Source of the DNA: Verrucomicrobiota bacterium
GTDB lineage: Bacteria; Verrucomicrobiota; Verrucomicrobiia; Opitutales; Cerasicoccaceae
DNA length: 64,000 nucleotides
Direction of reading: 5' to 3'
Assembly: GCA_039818205.1 (NCBI GenBank)
Contig: JBCBUK010000006.1
Location: 64,001-128,000 of the forward strand
Shown here one piece after another: positions 62,096-64,000 of the stretch. Under the pieces are notes generated by a model, which had not been told where the DNA came from, did no database searches, and was given only the letters and a program-made list of their open reading frames with translations. The first letter of the stretch is position 1. Every line of letters begins with the position of its first letter. The position numbers were made by a program, and so were the translations under genes.

Positions 62096-64000
<1,905 letters not shown>

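Overview
A gene-dense, mostly core-genome bacterial window with about 65 CDS and no rRNA, tRNA, CRISPR array, transposase or integrase that I can detect. PEP-CTERM proteins, a TIGR02597-type protein, a prepilin/H-X9-DG protein and SHD1-like domains point to Verrucomicrobiota, probably Opitutales (inference from gene content only). Housekeeping content includes rpsA, lepB, tatD, trhO, hslO, queCDEF, a fur-sufC-sufB-sufD-sufT operon, clpP, tkt, ispH, trpE, a sigma-70 factor, oxyR-ahpC-trxB and monomeric icd (truncated). The best candidate for an undescribed system is the overlapping operon at 12062-15509. It encodes a nucleoside phosphorylase-like protein, an SPL-like radical SAM enzyme apparently lacking the SPL H-donor Cys, and an SDR that has lost its catalytic tetrad but carries a ~300-aa acidic, Arg-rich and histone-H1-like tail. 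Other notable items are: a 30-aa motif shared by two unrelated proteins; a degenerate DHODH fused to a duplicated His-bearing membrane domain; a pilin-like plus PEP-CTERM putative metal-capture pair under twin Mur/Zur-like boxes; an Irr-like regulator with an ICE-like box ahead of a SUF operon interleaved with unrelated genes; a toxin-first RES-Xre pair; and a dispersed intergenic repeat. All family calls come from motif recognition by eye; no database searches were run.
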